From a bacterium (GTDB taxonomy: Bacteria > UBA8248): 64,000 nucleotides of DNA. Below, in pieces: positions 58,714 through 64,000 of this stretch (the first letter of the stretch is position 1; every line of letters starts with the position of its first letter). Below the pieces are notes generated by a model. That model was not told the origin of the DNA and ran no database searches. It worked only from the letters and a program-made list of their open reading frames with translations. The stretch spans positions 1,184,001-1,248,000 of the forward strand of contig OZ242260.1 of assembly GCA_965207065.1 (NCBI GenBank), written 5' to 3'. The position numbers were made by a program, and so were the translations under genes.

Positions 58714-59619
58714 CTACGCGCTTCGTTTGGGAACCTCGATGGGTAAATCTTCCCTGTCGCCCCACTCCTTCCAGGAGCCGAGATAGTTCCTGATCCTCGG
58801 GTAGCCGAGCAATCGGTAGACGAGATAGGCGTGCGCCGAGCGGTAGCCGCCCTGGCAGAGCGGCACCATTTCCTTATCGGGCGTCAGGCTCCTTGGTTCG
58901 AGCAGCCCCCGTAGTTCGGAAGCGGGCTTGAGCGAGCCATCCTCCGCGATGGCCTCGCTCCATTCCAGGTGGATCGAACCAGGAACCGCCCCGCCGCGTG
59001 CGGCCCGGACGTTCTCGGCGAAATACTCGCCCACCGAGCGCGTATCGTGAACCGCAACGTCCGAGTCGCCCAGATGGTTCAGTATGTAGTCCGCCGTGGC
59101 GATGCGGCCTTCCTCGCAGGACTTTAAGCGGCTCGCGAACGAGGTTCTCAGGATGCGCCTGTGCCCCTCCACGCCGGCTTCGTAGGGACCTCCCGCCATC
59201 GGCCAGGCGTCGCGCGTTACGGGCAGCCCTTCGGCCTTCCAGGCGTCGATGCCGCCGTCGAGGATGTGGACATCTTCATGGCCGAGATATTCCAGGAACC
59301 AGAACCCTCTCGCGGAGCGGAAACCCGAGTTTTCCTGATAGAAGACCACCGTCTTGCCGTAATCGACCCCTCGTATCTCCATGAGATAGGCGAGCATCCA
59401 GGTGAAAGCGGCCAGTGCCTGCGGACGGGTGTCGTTGAGCGAAATTCCGTAGAGGTCCAGATGCGCGGCGCCCTCGATGTGTCCCGCGCAAAACTCGGGC
59501 GCTTGCCGCGTGTCGATGATGACGAGATCGTCGCCCTTGTGCTCACCGATACGCTCTTTGAGTTGCGCGGGCGTGAGGGCGAGACCCGGATTCGCGTAGC
59601 CCTTTTGGTTCAACGGCAC
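58714..59619 (-). CDS. Two-domain rhodanese/sulfurtransferase (SseA-like)
   Basis: GHIEGA, LDGG..AW, CQGGYRSA, YLGSW.EW. Confidence 0.92.
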   Translation of the reverse strand: MPLNQKGYANPGLALTPAQLKERIGEHKGDDLVIIDTRQAPEFCAGHIEGAAHLDLYGISLNDTRPQALAAFTWMLAYLMEIRGVDYGKTVVFYQENSGFRSARGFWFLEYLGHEDVHILDGGIDAWKAEGLPVTRDAWPMAGGPYEAGVEGHRRILRTSFASRLKSCEEGRIATADYILNHLGDSDVAVHDTRSVGEYFAENVRAARGGAVPGSIHLEWSEAIAEDGSLKPASELRGLLEPRSLTPDKEMVPLCQGGYRSAHAYLVYRLLGYPRIRNYLGSWKEWGDREDLPIEVPKRSA

Positions 59620-59624
59620 GACCC

Positions 59625-60164
59625 TTACCGGAACTCGCGGGGGCTGAGCGGCTCAAGCCTGTCCGTGAGCTCCCTCGTCGTCGGCGAGGGCTGTAGCGGT
59701 CGCACGTACAATTTCGCCTTTCCCTCAGGGGTGACGAAGCGGTAGCTCAGCTTGGCTACCTGGTCGTAATTGTACCAGACATGCGTGTTGCGCTCCCCGC
59801 CGTAGGCCAGAATCAGATGAATCATCTCGACCGCTCCGCCGGGACCGGTGATGATTTCGAGCCGGTCGATATCGTGGGAAAAGGTTTCGTCTTTTCCTGT
59901 CGCCAGAACGATGGTGACGATGAGGTCGACGGGACGCTGGGGCTGCGCCGGCGTAAGCGGCGCCTGCAGCGGCGTCGCGGGCGCGGGAGGCGCCAGAACA
60001 GGAGCCGCCTGGGGCTGGCCAGGAACGGCCCCCGGTGGAGCAGGCTGCGTTTCGGGAGGGGTCAGCGGCGGCGTCAAGCTCTGGGCCTGGGCGCTCAAAG
60101 CAAGAAGGAACACCCCAAACACTGCGAGCAGTGACAATAAGAGCAATTTCTTTTTCGGGCGCAT
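59625..60164 (-). CDS. Secreted Pro-rich hypothetical protein
   Basis: Signal peptide ending AQA, Pro-rich linker, small globular domain; AAGGAG RBS. Confidence 0.7.
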   Translation of the reverse strand: MRPKKKLLLLSLLAVFGVFLLALSAQAQSLTPPLTPPETQPAPPGAVPGQPQAAPVLAPPAPATPLQAPLTPAQPQRPVDLIVTIVLATGKDETFSHDIDRLEIITGPGGAVEMIHLILAYGGERNTHVWYNYDQVAKLSYRFVTPEGKAKLYVRPLQPSPTTRELTDRLEPLSPREFR

Positions 60165-60242
60165 GATACTCTCCTTTTCGGGGGAGTCGTGAATTGTAAA
60201 TTATTTTTATTTATGACGTATCTGAGATTATACCCACATATC

Positions 60243-61838
60243 TCATTCCGGCGCATCCGCTGCGCAGCGAAACCCGTATGCGGGCAAACGGCGGTCGGGG
60301 AGGTCGCCCGTTCTGTGCGATGAGGCCAGCGCCCACCACCCGTTCACCCAGGAGCCGCCTTTGAGCGTTCTCAGCGGCCGGCCGTTTCTGCTTATCGGCC
60401 GGGCGTCTCCGGGCTTCGTCCTGAACTCATCCTCGACCCACTCCCAGACGTTCCCGGCCAGGTCCTCGACCCCGTGAACACTGGCGCCCTCAGGACGCCT
60501 TCCCACGGCCTTGGGGCCTCCCGCGTCAGGGCTCAAGCCGAAAACCGCGTTCCTGTCTCGCTGCGCGTTGCCCCAGGGATACCGCCTTCTCTTCCCCGCG
60601 CCCCGGGCGGCGTATTCCCATTCGGCCTCCGTGGGAAGCCGCTTCCCGGCCCACGCGCAGTAAGAGCGGGCCTCATCCCACGTCACCCCCACCACGGGCA
60701 GATGCGGACCGGTGAAGTGGACTTTCCGCCAAAAGGGAGGCTCTGCCTCACCCGTCGCCCGCACGAAATCCTCGTAAAGAGCGTTCGTTATCTCGAACTT
60801 GTCCAGACGAAACGACGCGACCTCAACGGGGCGACCGCCCTTTGCCCTGAGAGTCACGCGTCTGCGGCGTCTGCGCCTGCTCTGGCCGGTGAACTCAACG
60901 CCCATCGTGAAGCGCCCTCCGGGAATGTTCACCATTCCCTCGAGAGAGGGCTTGCGGACGGGTGGGAGCGGCCCAGGAGGTTCTTCATGTGAAGTCGGCG
61001 GTTTCATCTCTTCAGGTGCAGGCTCGGGGGGTGAGCGTTTCACGATTTCGGACCTGGACTCTGTTTTCGGCGTTTGTTGCGGCCCGGTCGACGGTTCTTC
61101 CGGCTCATGCTCTAAAGGCGCAGATTTAGCCGGGGATTCCGCGGGTTCTTCCTGTTTGCTTTCTTCCATCGGCAACCGTGGAGCGGGCAGGCCCTTGATG
61201 GCGCGCGCCTTGAGTACATGTTCGATATTGGCGAGTTCGGGCCACCTCGTCTTATCGAGTGAACCGAGCAGCGCTTTCGCCTCTTTCATCCGTCCGTAGC
61301 GATAAAACAGATATGCGAGTCCACGTCGTGCGCTGCCGCTTTCGGGGTAGCGCTCATTCGCACGATGAAAAATGAAAAAGGCTTCATCGGGACGATTCGA
61401 GTCATACAGGGTCCAGCCAAGGCCGGTAAGGGCATGGAGCAGCTCCGGCTCGTAAGCCAGCGCCTCGCGAAAATTCTTCTCGGCGAATTTGTAATCCTCT
61501 TGCCGGTACGCCGATTCTCCTATCGCGCTCAATGCTTCGGCTCGGCTCGGCTGGGGCGGCTCAAGATCCAGCGATGGTTCCGATTCCGCCGCGGACGCAG
61601 ATTCCCGGGGAGATAACGGCTTGCTCTCTGATGGTGGCGTAATTCGTGGTGCTGGAGAAAGTGTTCGATTGAGGGCTTGGACGGAAAGAGAGGCGGCCTG
61701 TTCCGTTTTCTGCTCCGGCACCGCCGCTTCCCCGCTGAGCGGCCCGGAGCCGCCGCATCCGGCAACCGTAATGGCAAGCGCGAGGAAACTCACCGACAGC
61801 CGAGACGGAAGCCTCGCCCATTCATTCTTTTTTTGCAT
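60243..61838 (-). CDS. Lipoprotein with TPR region and C-terminal FGE-sulfatase domain
   Basis: VAGC lipobox; TPR helices; RLPTEAEWEYAARG, DLAGNVWEW, GFRCA. Confidence 0.88.
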   Translation of the reverse strand: MQKKNEWARLPSRLSVSFLALAITVAGCGGSGPLSGEAAVPEQKTEQAASLSVQALNRTLSPAPRITPPSESKPLSPRESASAAESEPSLDLEPPQPSRAEALSAIGESAYRQEDYKFAEKNFREALAYEPELLHALTGLGWTLYDSNRPDEAFFIFHRANERYPESGSARRGLAYLFYRYGRMKEAKALLGSLDKTRWPELANIEHVLKARAIKGLPAPRLPMEESKQEEPAESPAKSAPLEHEPEEPSTGPQQTPKTESRSEIVKRSPPEPAPEEMKPPTSHEEPPGPLPPVRKPSLEGMVNIPGGRFTMGVEFTGQSRRRRRRRVTLRAKGGRPVEVASFRLDKFEITNALYEDFVRATGEAEPPFWRKVHFTGPHLPVVGVTWDEARSYCAWAGKRLPTEAEWEYAARGAGKRRRYPWGNAQRDRNAVFGLSPDAGGPKAVGRRPEGASVHGVEDLAGNVWEWVEDEFRTKPGDARPISRNGRPLRTLKGGSWVNGWWALASSHRTGDLPDRRLPAYGFRCAADAPE

Positions 61839-61852
61839 TACACACCCAGCGT

Positions 61853-64000
<2,148 letters not shown>

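Overview
GC-rich bacterial window in two parts. (1) ~1-18 kb is accessory and looks like a decayed mobile element. It holds the 3' end of a large lower-GC protein, an ImmA/IrrE-like remnant, a MobC-like RHH gene behind three 20-bp repeats, and a leading-region-like cluster (DUF2493/SLOG, DUF4326, ssb, structured spacers). It also holds an 8xCxxC protein, a 13x8-bp tandem repeat, a Slam/T11SS-like transporter with a TbpB-barrel cargo, an excisionase-type HTH, VRR-NUC and a Cache-domain autotransporter. (2) ~18-64 kb is mostly housekeeping: peptide ABC subunits, nrnA, pncB, nuoI, trxB, engB, CoA transferases, a vanadium haloperoxidase with a porin, rsmI, a full iscRSUA-hscBA-fdx-iscX operon, mutY, truD and partial gyrA. 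The best find is missed by the ORF track. Upstream of trxB are two translationally coupled genes with in-frame TGA codons at Cys positions, each TGA followed by a SECIS-like hairpin: a UxxC glutaredoxin (29062-29307) and a 99-aa LysW-like zinc-ribbon protein with two CxxU motifs (28766-29065), which I do not recognise as a described selenoprotein family. All family calls come from motif recognition by eye; no searches were run.
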